Shown: positions 1-10,168, counted from the stretch's first letter. The stretch is 37,991 nt of DNA from Candidatus Rokuibacteriota bacterium (GCA_044866005.1 JBIOTN010000172.1:1-37991), one strand, 5' to 3'. Program-made: numbers and translations. The notes: generated by a model from the sequence alone, not told the origin.

Positions 1-2
1 AC

Positions 3-665
3 GGCGCCACCCTGCTCGCGCTCGGCGTGCTCGCCGCGCTGCTCGAGCGCGCGCGGACCGGCCGGGGACTCCACGTCGAGGTCAGCATGCTGCGCGCGGC
101 GCTCGACCTCCAGCTCGAGGTCGTCACCTATTTCCTCAACGGCGCGCGCATGGAAAAGAGCCCCACCAGCCTGGCCAGCATGTTCCACCCCGGGCCGTAC
201 GGCGTCTACGAGACCAGGGACGGGCACGTCGTGCTCTCCATGTCACCGCTGCCCATCCTCCAGCAGGCCCTCGACCTGCCGGAGCTGGCGCCCCACACGA
301 CGGTCGCCCAGAACTTCCCGGCCCGCGAGACGATCGCGCGCCTCCTCGCGCCCGTCATGCGGAGTCGTACGAGCGCCGAGTGGGTGGAGTACCTCGTGCC
401 GCGCGGGGTCTGGGCGGCGCCGGTCCTCACGCACGCCGAGACCTTCGCGGACCCGGCCGTCCGGGCGGCCGACGTCGTGGAGGAGTTCGAGCACCCCGTG
501 GCCGGGCGCGTCCGGCTGGTGCGGTTTCCGCTCGAGCTCTCCACGGGTCGGGCCACCGTGCGCCGGCCGCCGCCGATGCCGGGCGAGCAGACGGACGAGA
601 TCCTGACGGAGCTCGGGTACCCGGCGGCCGACATCCGGCGGTTCCGCGAGCAACGGACGGTGTAG
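3..665 (+). CDS. CaiB/BaiF family (class III) CoA-transferase, 5'-truncated by window edge
   Basis: C-terminal motifs RARTGRGLHVEVSM, PYGVYETRDG, HPVAG, PPPMPGEQTDEILTELGY; the frame is open back to the window start. Confidence 0.88.
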   Translation, partial: GATLLALGVLAALLERARTGRGLHVEVSMLRAALDLQLEVVTYFLNGARMEKSPTSLASMFHPGPYGVYETRDGHVVLSMSPLPILQQALDLPELAPHTTVAQNFPARETIARLLAPVMRSRTSAEWVEYLVPRGVWAAPVLTHAETFADPAVRAADVVEEFEHPVAGRVRLVRFPLELSTGRATVRRPPPMPGEQTDEILTELGYPAADIRRFREQRTV

Positions 666-675
666 GGAGGCGCGC

Positions 676-1449
676 ATGGAGCCGCGAGCCGGCGTGGATC
701 TGTCGGGGCGGGTCGCCATCGTGACGGGCGGCACGCGCGGCATCGGCGAGGCGATCGTCCGGCGGTTCCGGGAGGCCGGCGCCTCCGTCGTGGCGGTGAG
801 CCGCTCGGCGCCGGCCGCCGAGGCGGTCGCCGGGCCGGCGACGGGCAGCCTCGTCGTGCTGGCCGGCGACGTGTCGGTCAAGGCGGACGTGGACCGCGTG
901 GTCGAGGCGGCCCTCGGCCGGTTCCGGACGATCGACATCCTCGTCAACTGCGCCGGCGTGGTCCGCCGCAAGCCCGCGCTCGAGACGACCGAGGCGGATT
1001 GGGACGCGATCCACGCCATCAACGTCAAGGGCGTGTTTCTCGCCTCCCAGGCGGTCGCCGCGGTCATGCGCCGCGCGGGCCGGGGCCGCATCGTCAACAT
1101 CACCTCCATCGGGGCCGCGCTCGCCCTGGTGAACCGCTCGGCCTACTGCGCGAGCAAGGCGGCCGTCGGCCAGCTCACGCGCTGCCTGGCGCTGGAGTGG
1201 GGGCCGTACGGGATCACGGTCAACGCGGTCGCGCCCGGGATCACCCGGACCCCGATGACCCGCGGCTACCTGGAGGCCGACCCCGCGCGACGGCGGACGA
1301 TGACGGAGAAGCTGCCGCTCAGGCGCCTGGCGGAGCCCGGGGACATGGCGGGCGCCGTGCTGTTCCTGGCCTCCGACCTGGCGGCCTACGTGACCGGCCA
1401 GACGCTCTCCGTGGACGGCGGCTGGGGTATCGGCGACTACGACTGGTAG
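676..1449 (+). CDS. SDR family NAD(P)-dependent oxidoreductase
   Basis: TGGTRGIG Rossmann motif, VNCAG, YCASK catalytic motif, VTGQTLSVDGG; RBS GGGAGG upstream. Confidence 0.93.
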   Translation: MEPRAGVDLSGRVAIVTGGTRGIGEAIVRRFREAGASVVAVSRSAPAAEAVAGPATGSLVVLAGDVSVKADVDRVVEAALGRFRTIDILVNCAGVVRRKPALETTEADWDAIHAINVKGVFLASQAVAAVMRRAGRGRIVNITSIGAALALVNRSAYCASKAAVGQLTRCLALEWGPYGITVNAVAPGITRTPMTRGYLEADPARRRTMTEKLPLRRLAEPGDMAGAVLFLASDLAAYVTGQTLSVDGGWGIGDYDW

Positions 1450-1470
1450 GGTCGAGCGGAGGAGGCAGCC

Positions 1471-1914
1471 ATGGAGACGCGCGCCGGGGCGGATGGGGCG
1501 ATGGACGGGCTCACCGTCGGGCGGACGGTGACGGTCCGGAAGACGGTCGGGGAGACGGACATCTACCTCTTCGCGGGGATCTCGGGAGACTTCGCCCCCA
1601 ATCACGTGGACGAGGAGTTCATGAAGGGGACGCGGTACGGGCGGCGCATCGCGCACGGCGCGCTGCTGGTCGCCTACATGTCCCAGGCCTCCACCAAGAT
1701 CTGCGCCGGTCTCACCGGGACCATTGTCTCCTACGGCTACGACCGCATCCGCTTCCCCAGGCCCGTGTTCATCGGTGACACGGTGACCGTGACGTACGAG
1801 ATCGTCGAGCGCGACCCTGCGGCGGGCAAGGCACTGAGCCGGGTGACCTGCACGAACCAGCACGGCGAGGTCGTCGCGGTGGCGACCCACATTCTCAAGG
1901 TCGTCGAGGGGTGA
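1471..1914 (+). CDS. MaoC family (hot-dog fold) dehydratase
   Basis: FAGISGDFAPNHVD hydratase motif, IAHGAL, FPRPVFIGDT; RBS GGAGGAGG. Confidence 0.9.
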   Translation: METRAGADGAMDGLTVGRTVTVRKTVGETDIYLFAGISGDFAPNHVDEEFMKGTRYGRRIAHGALLVAYMSQASTKICAGLTGTIVSYGYDRIRFPRPVFIGDTVTVTYEIVERDPAAGKALSRVTCTNQHGEVVAVATHILKVVEG

Positions 1915-2501
1915 GTCGTGCCCGCCTCCGTGGGGCGCGCGCGGGCGGTGAGGGCGCCGGCCCCGCGGTGGAGATCCGGATGCTGACCGTGGCGGACGCG
2001 GCGGCCTACCGGGCGGTCCGCCTGCGGGCCCTCCGCGACCACCCCGACCTCTTCGGCCGCGCGTACGAAGAGGCCCAGAGCCTGGACGAGATGATCGAGG
2101 AGTTCCGCACGCTGCACACCGGAGCCGAGAGCTTCGTCCTGGGCGCCTTCGGGGAGGCGCTGGTCGGCATCCTGACGTGCTCGCGGGAGCGGGGCCTCAA
2201 GCGCCGGCACAAGGCCTTGATCTGGGGGATGTACGTCGTGCCGGAGGGGCGGAGCCGCGGGGTCGGCCGGAGGCTCCTCCTCGCCGCCATCGAGCGGGCG
2301 CGCGCCTGGCCGGACCTCGCGCAGGTGTGGCTGAGCGTGGCCACGCACAACCAGCCGGCCCGGGCCCTCTACCGGTCGTGCGGCTTCGAGGTCTTCGGGC
2401 TGGAGCGCCGCGCCATGCGGCTCGGCGAGCGCTTCATCGACGAGGAGCACATGGTCCGGTACCTCGACGCCGGGCCGGAGCGCGATCGTGCTGACCGGTG
2501 A
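1911..2501 (+). CDS. GNAT family N-acetyltransferase
   Basis: MYVVPEGRSRGVGRRLL acetyl-CoA motif, NQPARALYRSCGF; GTGA overlap with the upstream stop. Confidence 0.88.
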   Translation: MSRARLRGARAGGEGAGPAVEIRMLTVADAAAYRAVRLRALRDHPDLFGRAYEEAQSLDEMIEEFRTLHTGAESFVLGAFGEALVGILTCSRERGLKRRHKALIWGMYVVPEGRSRGVGRRLLLAAIERARAWPDLAQVWLSVATHNQPARALYRSCGFEVFGLERRAMRLGERFIDEEHMVRYLDAGPERDRADR

Positions 2502-3591
2502 CCTCGTCGCGGACGCCCAGGCCCGACTGCTGGGTCGTCTCGCCGAGACCGCGGGCGAGGTCGGGCGGGGCTTCCCCCACGCCGCCGACGGGCGGACCGG
2601 TCGGTGGGAGGTCAGGCCGGACGGCTCGTGGACGGGTGGCTTCTGGGTCGGCGCGTGCTGGCTGGCGCACGCGCTGACCGGTGAGCCGCGCTACCGTGCC
2701 TGGGGCCTCGAGTGGGCGGAGCGGCTGCGCGGCCGCGAGAGCGACCGCACGCACGACATCGGCTTTCTCTTCTACTATGGCGCCGCCCTCGGCTGGCAGA
2801 CGGCGCAGGAGCGCTGGCTCCGGGACCTCGGGCTGCGGGCCGCGGACCGGCTCGTCGCGATGTGGCATCCCCGGGCGCGGGTCATCCCGGTGGGCACGCG
2901 CGCCGAGGTCTCGGCCGGCGCCGACGACGTGACGATCGACTGCCTGATGAACCTCCAGATGCTCTGGTGGGCGGCCGGCGAGACGGGCGAACCCCGCTAT
3001 CGCGACGTCGCGACGGCGCACGCCGAGCGGACCGCGGCATGGCACGTCCGCCCCGACGGCTCGTGCGTCCAGTCGGTCCACTTCGACCCGGCGAGCGGCG
3101 AGCCGGTCCGGAGGCACACCCACCAGGGCTATGGGCCCGAGAGCTGCTGGAGCCGCGGGCTCGGCTGGTGCGCCTACGGCTTCCTGGCGGCCTACCAGGC
3201 GACCCGGCGCCCCGACCTCCTCGCGATCGCGCGCCGGTCCGCCGAGTACCACCTGCGGCGGATGCCCGACGACGGCGTCCCGTTCTACGACTACGACGAC
3301 CCGCGGATCCCTGACGCGCCGCGGGACAGCTCGGCCGCGGCGATCCTGGCGTCGGCCTGTCTCTCGCTGGCCCGGCTCGACGGGCACGCCGAGTTTCGGC
3401 GCGGCGGCGAGCGCATCCTGGAGGGGCTCCTCCGCGGCTACCTGACGCCGGTCGAGCCCCGCGACGGCCGCCCCCCGGGCATGCTGCTCCACGGCTGCTA
3501 CAACCTCCACACGGGCGAGGCGCCCGACCACGAGCTGATCTGGGGCGACTTCTTCCTCCTCGAGGCGCTGGCGCGCTGGCAGGGACGCTGA
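2488..3591 (+). CDS. Glycoside hydrolase family 88 (unsaturated glucuronyl hydrolase-like)
   Basis: WTGGFWVG, THDIGF, TIDCLMNL, THQGY, WSRGLGW, RDSSAAAI and LIWGDFFLLEAL motifs; no signal peptide. Confidence 0.85.
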   Translation: MLTGDLVADAQARLLGRLAETAGEVGRGFPHAADGRTGRWEVRPDGSWTGGFWVGACWLAHALTGEPRYRAWGLEWAERLRGRESDRTHDIGFLFYYGAALGWQTAQERWLRDLGLRAADRLVAMWHPRARVIPVGTRAEVSAGADDVTIDCLMNLQMLWWAAGETGEPRYRDVATAHAERTAAWHVRPDGSCVQSVHFDPASGEPVRRHTHQGYGPESCWSRGLGWCAYGFLAAYQATRRPDLLAIARRSAEYHLRRMPDDGVPFYDYDDPRIPDAPRDSSAAAILASACLSLARLDGHAEFRRGGERILEGLLRGYLTPVEPRDGRPPGMLLHGCYNLHTGEAPDHELIWGDFFLLEALARWQGR

Positions 3592-3668
3592 CGGCGACGA
3601 GGTCGCGGACATCGACCCGGGCCCGAGGACGACCCGGGGCGACGGGTATCGGCCCGGGGCCTCGCCTC

Positions 3669-4391
3669 GTGAGCTTCGACTGCTGGCAAACCCTCCTCGC
3701 CGACACGGCTGGCAGCGCGGCGGCCGCGCACGCGCTTCGGCTCGCGGGGATCGCCGACGTCCTGGCCTGCGCCGGGTACCCCGTCGATGCCCGGGCGCTC
3801 GGGGCGGCGGACGCGCGCGCGATGGCCTGCCTCGCGGCGATCTGGCAGGCGGGGCGCGACGTCTCCTCGGCGGAGCAGGTGCGGATCTTCCTGACCGCCG
3901 TGGACCCCGAGCTTCCGTCGGCGCTCCCGGCGGCCGATCGGGACGCCGTCGAGGCGGCGTACACCGGCCCCGCCCTGACCCATGCCCCGCTCGTCGTCCC
4001 GGGTGCGGCGGAGGCGGTCCGGCGGCTCGCCGCGCAGGGCGTCGCCCTCGCGGTCATCTCGAACACCGGACGGACGCCCGGGCGAGTGCTGCGGCGGCTG
4101 CTCGAGCGCGCCGGCCTGCTTCCGGCCTTTCGCGTGCTCACGTTCTCCGACGAGGTCGGCACTCGAAAGCCGGGGGCCGAGATCTTCCACCGGACCCTGG
4201 ACGCGATCGGCTGCGACCCGGCCGCGGCGGTCCACGTCGGAGACGACCCGGCAGCGGACGTCGCGGGCGCGCGCGCCGCCGGGATGCGGGCCCTCCACTT
4301 CCTCGCGGCCGGCCGACGGCCGGCCGCGGAGGCGGACGGCGCCTTCCGCGACTTTGCGGAGCTCCCGACCCTCCTGCGCCACCTGGCCTGA
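3669..4391 (+). CDS. HAD superfamily hydrolase (start may be the in-frame CTG at 3588 overlapping the GH88 stop)
   Basis: FDCWQTLL motif I, VISNT motif II, RKPGAEIF, HVGDDPAADVAGA. Confidence 0.85.
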   Translation: MSFDCWQTLLADTAGSAAAAHALRLAGIADVLACAGYPVDARALGAADARAMACLAAIWQAGRDVSSAEQVRIFLTAVDPELPSALPAADRDAVEAAYTGPALTHAPLVVPGAAEAVRRLAAQGVALAVISNTGRTPGRVLRRLLERAGLLPAFRVLTFSDEVGTRKPGAEIFHRTLDAIGCDPAAAVHVGDDPAADVAGARAAGMRALHFLAAGRRPAAEADGAFRDFAELPTLLRHLA

Positions 4392-4430
4392 CGTCCGGGG
4401 GGCTCGACGCCCCCGCCGGCGGCGGTCGAG

Positions 4431-4460
4431 TTGCGCGTGGCGGAGCCGGCAGGCTATCAT
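4431..4460 (+). promoter_or_regulatory. Putative sigma70-type promoter of apt
   Basis: TTGCGC-N18-TATCAT ending 35 nt before the apt ATG. Confidence 0.45.
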
Positions 4461-4495
4461 GAAGCTCACCGCGCAGTCCCGGGAGGGGGACCGGC

Positions 4496-5020
4496 ATGGA
4501 CGTATCCGAGCTGAAGGCCAAGATCCGGGACATCAAGGATTTCCCGACGGAGGGGATCCTCTTCAAGGACATCACCACCCTCCTGAAGGACCCCCAGGCG
4601 TTCCGGTACGTCCTCGACCAGCTGGCGAATGCCTACATCCAGTCGCGCGTCGAGGTCGTGGTGGCCATCGAGTCCCGGGGCTTCATCTTCGGCGGCGCGC
4701 TGGCGCACGAGCTCGGCGCGGGCTTCGTGCCGGTCCGGAAGCTCGGCAAGCTGCCCGCCAAGACCATCGAGGTCGAGTACGAGCTCGAGTATGGCCGGGA
4801 CGCGCTCGCCATCCACGAGGACGCGATCAGCCCGGGCCAGCGCGTGCTGGTGGTGGACGATCTCCTGGCGACGGGCGGGACGATGGCGGCGACCTTGCGG
4901 CTGGTGGAGCAGTCGGGCGGGGTCGTCGTCGGGGTGGCGTTCCTGATCGAGCTGGGCTTTCTCCACGGGCGCGCCAAGCTCAAGGATTACGCCGTCAACT
5001 CACTGATCACGTACGAGTAG
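4496..5020 (+). CDS. apt: Adenine phosphoribosyltransferase
   Basis: IRDIKDFPTEGILFKDITTLL, IESRGF, VRKLGKLP, YELEYG, VLVVDDLLATGGT. Confidence 0.97.
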   Translation: MDVSELKAKIRDIKDFPTEGILFKDITTLLKDPQAFRYVLDQLANAYIQSRVEVVVAIESRGFIFGGALAHELGAGFVPVRKLGKLPAKTIEVEYELEYGRDALAIHEDAISPGQRVLVVDDLLATGGTMAATLRLVEQSGGVVVGVAFLIELGFLHGRAKLKDYAVNSLITYE

Positions 5021-5068
5021 CCCCGCGGGCGGAGGCCTCCGGGGCAGACCCCGAGTAGGAGACAACCC

Positions 5069-5650
5069 ATGAAGCGACTCACGGTTCCGCTCCTGGTCGT
5101 GACGGTCGTGCTCGGCATCGGCGGGCTCGCGCTGGCGGAAGCGCCGCGGCTCGCGTTCCACGAAGAGGCGGGGCGGGTCATGGGCGATGTCGCCGACCAG
5201 TTCCGCAGCCTCGGCGCGCAGCTCGAGCGCCACCTCCGCGGGACGGGAGGCGCGGGCAGCCGCGAGCTCGCGGCCACGCAGGCGGAGCGTCCGCTCATCA
5301 CGTACATCCTCGACCATCGGGACGAGCTCAGCCTGACGCCGGAGCAGATCGCCCGGCTGGAGGCGCTCCGGAACGACTTCGCCCGGGAGCAGGTCCGCCG
5401 GGAGGCCGACATCCGGATCGCGGAGATGGACCTCACCACGCTCATGGCGCAGGAGATGCTCGACCTGTCCAAGGTCGAGGCGAAGATCCGGGACGTCTCG
5501 AAGCTCCGGGACGACCTCCGCATCGAGCGGCTCCGGACGCTCGAGCAGGGCAAGGCGGTCCTCACGGCGGACCAGCGCACCAAGCTCCGCGGCATGCTCG
5601 GGCTCGGGCCCGCCTCGCGACGGACTGCTGAGCGCGGCACGCGGCTCTGA
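5069..5650 (+). CDS. Exported Spy/CpxP-like (LTxxQ) helical protein
   Basis: Signal peptide ending ALA; two LTxxQ motifs (LTPEQ, LTADQ); RBS AGGAGA. Confidence 0.7.
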   Translation: MKRLTVPLLVVTVVLGIGGLALAEAPRLAFHEEAGRVMGDVADQFRSLGAQLERHLRGTGGAGSRELAATQAERPLITYILDHRDELSLTPEQIARLEALRNDFAREQVRREADIRIAEMDLTTLMAQEMLDLSKVEAKIRDVSKLRDDLRIERLRTLEQGKAVLTADQRTKLRGMLGLGPASRRTAERGTRL

Positions 5651-5685
5651 GCCTCCCGGAGGCGGGCCCCGGCCCCGCGCGCACG

Positions 5686-6540
5686 ATGGCGATCTCTCGG
5701 GTCGGCGTGGTCGGCTGCGGACTCATGGGCGGCGGGATCGCCCAGGTGACCGCGCAAGCCGGCTTTCCCACGACCGTGGTCGAGGCGAACCGGGAGCTGC
5801 TCGATCGCGGCCTGGCCGCGATCCGCCGCACCCTGGACGGGCTCGTGGACAAGGGCCGGCTGGACGCCAAGGGGCGGGACGCGGCCTGGGGGCGCCTGAC
5901 CGGAACGGTCCGCCTCGAGGAGCTGCGGGACGTCGACCTCGTCATCGAGGCGATCACCGAGAATGCGGCGCTCAAGAAGGAGACCTTCGGGCGGCTCGAC
6001 CAGATCTGTCCGCCCGCCGCCCTGCTCGCGTCGAACACCTCGTCCTGCACGCTCACGGAGCTGGCCGCGGCCACGAAGCGGCCGGCCCAGGTCGTGGGCC
6101 TCCACTTCTTCAACCCCGCCCCGGTGATGAAGCTCGTCGAGGTCGTGCGCACGATCCTGACGGGCGACGAGGCGTTCACGGTCGCGTGGGGCTTCGTCCA
6201 GGCGCTCGGCAAGACGCCCGTCGCGGCGAAGGACACGACGGGGTTCATCGTGAACCGGCTCCTCGTGCCCTACCTGCTCGAGGCCGTCCGCCTCCTCGAG
6301 ACGGGGGTCGCCTCCAAGGAGGACATCGATCAGGCGATGAAGCTCGGCTGCGGCTACCCGATGGGGCCGTTCGCGCTCCTCGACCTCGTGGGGCTCGACA
6401 CGACGCTCTACGTCGCCGAGGTCATGTTCGACGAGTTCCGGGAGCCGCGCCTGGCGCCGCCGCCGCTCCTCAAGCGGATGGTCCTGGCGGGGCAGCTCGG
6501 GCGGAAGAGCGGCAAAGGGTTCTACGATTACTCCCGCTGA
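5686..6540 (+). CDS. hbd: 3-hydroxybutyryl-CoA / 3-hydroxyacyl-CoA dehydrogenase
   Basis: GCGLMGGGIAQ, EAITE, ASNTSS, GLHFFNP, GFIVNRLL, YPMGP, LGRKSGKGFYDY. Confidence 0.9.
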   Translation: MAISRVGVVGCGLMGGGIAQVTAQAGFPTTVVEANRELLDRGLAAIRRTLDGLVDKGRLDAKGRDAAWGRLTGTVRLEELRDVDLVIEAITENAALKKETFGRLDQICPPAALLASNTSSCTLTELAAATKRPAQVVGLHFFNPAPVMKLVEVVRTILTGDEAFTVAWGFVQALGKTPVAAKDTTGFIVNRLLVPYLLEAVRLLETGVASKEDIDQAMKLGCGYPMGPFALLDLVGLDTTLYVAEVMFDEFREPRLAPPPLLKRMVLAGQLGRKSGKGFYDYSR

Positions 6541-6552
6541 ATCGGCGACCCC

Positions 6553-7995
6553 ATGGGCCTGAGGACGCCAGAGCAGTACCTCGACAGCCTGCGCGACGGC
6601 CGCACCGTCTACTACCGGGGCGAGCGCGTCCCCGACGTCACGGCGCACCCGGAGCTCGGCGCCGGCGTCCGCCACGCCGCGCTCGAGTACGCGAGCGCGC
6701 AGGATCCCGCGCACGCCGACCTGCTGACCTACACCGACCCGGCGGGAAACCGCACGAGCCGCTACTGGAAGCTCCCCGAGGGGCCGGACGACCTCCTGCG
6801 CCGCCACGCGCTGATCGACCACGGCACGCGCGTCGGCCACGGCGTCTTCCTGATCATCAAGGAGATCGGCTCGGACTTTCTCTTCGCCCACACCATCGTC
6901 AGCCACCAGATGCAGGAGACCCTGAAGGCGCCCTATCTCGAGCGGCTCCGGGCCTTCCACCGGCGCGTCGCCGCCGAGGACCTCGCGCTGGCGGTCGCGC
7001 AGACGGACGTGAAGGGCGACCGGACGCTGGGCCCGGCCGAGCAGGAGCATCCCGACTACTACGTCCGCGTCGTGGACCGGCAGCAGGACGGGATCGTCGT
7101 CCGCGGCGCGAAGGCGCACACCACCAACTCGGTGGCGGCGAACGAGCTCGTCTGCCTCCCCACCCGGGCGCTCGGCGAGGCGGATCGCGACTACGCGGTC
7201 GCGTTCGCGGTGCCGGTGAACACCAAGGGCGTCAAGCTGATCGCGAGCCCGTTCTCCACGACCGACGCCTCGCGCTTCCACCACCCCGTCTCGTCCGAGC
7301 ACAAGATGATCGAGACCCTGACCGTGCTGGACGACGTCTTCGTCCCCTGGGAGCGCGTCTTCCTCTGCGGGGAGACCCCCTACGCGGGAGCGCTCGCGCT
7401 CGGGTTCGTCCAGTTCCACCGCTTCACGGCGGTCTCCTACAAGATCCCGCACATCGACCTCATGATCGGGGCCGCCATGCTGGCGGCCGAGGCCAACGGG
7501 ATCGACCGGGCGGCCCACGTCCGGGAAAAGCTCTCGCGCCTCATCGCCTGGCGGGAGACGGTCCGCGGGCTCACCGTCGCCGCCGCCCACGAGTGTCGGC
7601 GGATGGCGCCCGGCGTGGCCGTGCCGAACCCGGTGACGACGAACGTCGCCAAGCAGTACTTCGCGGAGCAGTACCACGGGATGGCCCAGCGGGTCCAGGA
7701 CATCGCCGGCGGCCTCCTCGTCACCGGCCCGGCCGAGGAGGACCTCGCGGCGCCCGAGACCAAGGCCTACGTGGAGCGGTACCTGGGCGGCAAGAAGGGG
7801 TTCGGCGTGGCGAATCGTCTCCGGGTCATGAACCTGATCCGGGACCTCCTGGCCTCGGACTTCGGCGGGTACAACGAGGTCCTCTCCATCCACGCCGAGG
7901 GCTCGCTGGAGGCGCAGAAGCTCACCATCCTGCGCGAGTTCGACGCGGCCCGAGCGCGGGCCTTCGCCGCGCAGTGCGCCTATCTCGGTGGCTAG
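6553..7995 (+). CDS. HpaB / 4-hydroxybutyryl-CoA dehydratase superfamily flavoprotein
   Basis: EQYLDSLRDGRTVYYRGERV, AQTDVKGDR, VVRGAKAHTT, DDVFVPWERVF, QDIAGGL, IHAEGSLEAQK. Confidence 0.8.
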   Translation: MGLRTPEQYLDSLRDGRTVYYRGERVPDVTAHPELGAGVRHAALEYASAQDPAHADLLTYTDPAGNRTSRYWKLPEGPDDLLRRHALIDHGTRVGHGVFLIIKEIGSDFLFAHTIVSHQMQETLKAPYLERLRAFHRRVAAEDLALAVAQTDVKGDRTLGPAEQEHPDYYVRVVDRQQDGIVVRGAKAHTTNSVAANELVCLPTRALGEADRDYAVAFAVPVNTKGVKLIASPFSTTDASRFHHPVSSEHKMIETLTVLDDVFVPWERVFLCGETPYAGALALGFVQFHRFTAVSYKIPHIDLMIGAAMLAAEANGIDRAAHVREKLSRLIAWRETVRGLTVAAAHECRRMAPGVAVPNPVTTNVAKQYFAEQYHGMAQRVQDIAGGLLVTGPAEEDLAAPETKAYVERYLGGKKGFGVANRLRVMNLIRDLLASDFGGYNEVLSIHAEGSLEAQKLTILREFDAARARAFAAQCAYLGG

Positions 7996-8581
7996 GCGCG
8001 GCTACCTGCCTCCCGTCCTCGTCGCCTGCGCCCTGGTGACGGCGCTCGCCATCGCCCAGGAGCGGATCGACGGGAACGTCTACCGGAACCCCCGGTACGG
8101 GATCGAGATCGCGAAGCCGCCGAGCTGGCACTTCATCACGGCGGCGACGATCGTGGAGCTGGCCAGGAAGACCGCGGGCGGCCGCCTTCCGGGCGAGGAG
8201 GACCCCGTCAAGCTCGCCGGCTTCGCCGTCATCGTCTCGAAGGTGCCGGTCCTCGGCCGCGGCATCGACCCCCAGGTGACCCTCCTCGTCCAGGAGCTGC
8301 CGGCCCCGCCGCCCGACATGGTCAAGGCGTGCGAAGGCCTCCGCACGGGGATGACCGAGCCCGAGACGCTCAAGGCCACGCGCCAGGTCCAGGTGGACGG
8401 CAAGCCCGCGGCGCGGCTCGACTTCCAGGGGCTCGTGGACGGCACCATGGTCCGCGCCACCGCGCTCTGCACCTTCCGCGGGCGTGAGGCCTTCGTCGTC
8501 GTCGGCCAGGCGCTCTCCTCGGACTTCGATACCGAGTTCAGCACGTTCGAGACGATCCTCGGGAGCTTCCACCTGCGCTGA
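7988..8581 (+). CDS. Hypothetical exported protein (possibly PsbP-like fold)
   Basis: N-terminal signal peptide, [17 protein letters not shown]-terminal [11 protein letters not shown]; overlaps the upstream stop and fills the operon gap. Confidence 0.6.
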   Translation: MARRGYLPPVLVACALVTALAIAQERIDGNVYRNPRYGIEIAKPPSWHFITAATIVELARKTAGGRLPGEEDPVKLAGFAVIVSKVPVLGRGIDPQVTLLVQELPAPPPDMVKACEGLRTGMTEPETLKATRQVQVDGKPAARLDFQGLVDGTMVRATALCTFRGREAFVVVGQALSSDFDTEFSTFETILGSFHLR

Positions 8582-8594
8582 GGGCGGGCCGACC

Positions 8595-9743
8595 ATGCAG
8601 CACTACTACCTGAGCGACGAGCAGCGCATGGTCATGGAGCTGGCCCGCGCGCTCGCCCGGGAGAAGATCGCGCCGATCGCGGCCCACCACGACGAGACGG
8701 AGACGTACCCCGAGGAGGCCATGCGGCTCCTCGGACAGCAGGGGCTCATGGGGATCTGGGTCCCCGAGGCGTACGGGGGCAGCGCGCTCGGCGCCCTGGC
8801 CGTGGCGCTCGTCGCCGAGGAGATCGCCTGGGCCTGCGCGGCGACCGCCACCAACTGGGGGGCGAGCGCGCTCGGCGGCTACCCGATCGTCCTCGCCGGC
8901 AGCGACGAGCAGAAGCGACGGTACCTGCCGCGCCTGGCCAGCGGCGAGCTCCTCGCCGCCTACTCGCTCTCCGAGCCCGGCGCGGGCTCCGACGCCGCCG
9001 CGCTCCGGACGACGGCGGTCCGGAAGGGGGACCGCTACCTCCTCAACGGCACCAAGCTCTGGTGCTCCAACGGCTCGAACGCGGGCGTGATCACGCTGTT
9101 CACCACCGTGGATGCGTCCAGGGGCGCCAAGGGGATCACCGCCTTCCTGGTCGAGCCCACCTTTCCGGGCTTCGCGGTGGGCAAGAAGGAGCGGAAGATG
9201 GGGATCCGCGCCTCGCCCACCGTGGCGCTCCACCTCGCGGAGTGCGAGGTCCCGGTGGAGAACCGCCTCGGCGCCGAGGGGGAAGGGTTCAAGATCGCGA
9301 TGCGGACGCTCGACTTCACGCGCCCCATGACGGGCGCGACGGCGGTCGGCGTGGGGCAGGCGGCGCTCGACGCGGCCACCGAGTACGCCAAGGAACGGCG
9401 GCAGTTCGGAGAGCCCATCGCGGCGTTCCAGGCGATCCAGTTCATGCTGGCCGACATGGCCATGCAGGTCCACGCCGCCCGGCTCATGGTCCACCACGTG
9501 GCGAGCCTCGTGGACCGTGGCGCGCCGGCGACCGTGCTCGAGGCCTCCATGGCCAAGTGCTTCGCCGGCGACGCCGCGATGCGGGTCGCGACCGACGCCG
9601 TGCAGGTCTTCGGCGGGGTCGGCTACACGCGCGAGTTCCCCGTGGAGCGCTACATGCGGGACGCGAAGATCATGCAGATCTACGAGGGGACCAACCAGAT
9701 CCAGCGGCTGATCATCGCCCGGGAGCTGCTGGGCGGTCGCTGA
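8595..9743 (+). CDS. Acyl-CoA dehydrogenase
   Basis: [58 protein letters not shown] at 8595. Confidence 0.95.
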   Translation: MQHYYLSDEQRMVMELARALAREKIAPIAAHHDETETYPEEAMRLLGQQGLMGIWVPEAYGGSALGALAVALVAEEIAWACAATATNWGASALGGYPIVLAGSDEQKRRYLPRLASGELLAAYSLSEPGAGSDAAALRTTAVRKGDRYLLNGTKLWCSNGSNAGVITLFTTVDASRGAKGITAFLVEPTFPGFAVGKKERKMGIRASPTVALHLAECEVPVENRLGAEGEGFKIAMRTLDFTRPMTGATAVGVGQAALDAATEYAKERRQFGEPIAAFQAIQFMLADMAMQVHAARLMVHHVASLVDRGAPATVLEASMAKCFAGDAAMRVATDAVQVFGGVGYTREFPVERYMRDAKIMQIYEGTNQIQRLIIARELLGGR

Positions 9744-9856
9744 TGGGCCGGAGGCCGCTCTTCTGGGCCTGTCAGGTCACCGCCTGGCCGCTCGGCTTCC
9801 TCTTGCTGGTCGGAGCCCTCGCCGCCCTGATCGGCCCTCGCCTCCTCGGCCGGTAG
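9743..9856 (+). CDS. Putative 37-aa single-pass membrane protein
   Basis: ATG overlaps the acyl-CoA dehydrogenase stop (TGATG); [37 protein letters not shown]. Confidence 0.45.
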   Translation: MGRRPLFWACQVTAWPLGFLLLVGALAALIGPRLLGR

Positions 9857-10168
9857 CGCGCCCGCGGACGGCCGCCCGGCCTCGGCCCGGCGGCGCCGAA
9901 TCGGGCCCGGAATCTCAGGTGCGGCGCGGAGTTTTCGCGCGACCGCCGCGGCGCGCGCGAGGCTGGCCGAGGTCCGAAGGCCGGCCGGCGGCCCGAATTT
10001 CCCCACCCCCCGACAACGGGGCTCGACTACAATAGCCTCCCCGTGAGCCAGCCCGGCCCGTCCGCGCGCCCGTCCTGTCGCCGCGACGTCCTCGCGCCCC
10101 GGACGCGCCGGGCCGCCGGGGCGGGGGTCCGGCGGCTCGTCGGCCCCCCGCGACCCCGGAGCTGACCG

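Noticed and set aside
10043..10165. In-frame upstream ORF ending in TGA just before the kinase ATG, as possible read-through
   Set aside because: Low-complexity Pro/Arg sequence, the TGA lies between the RBS and the ATG, and there is no Cys-like context.
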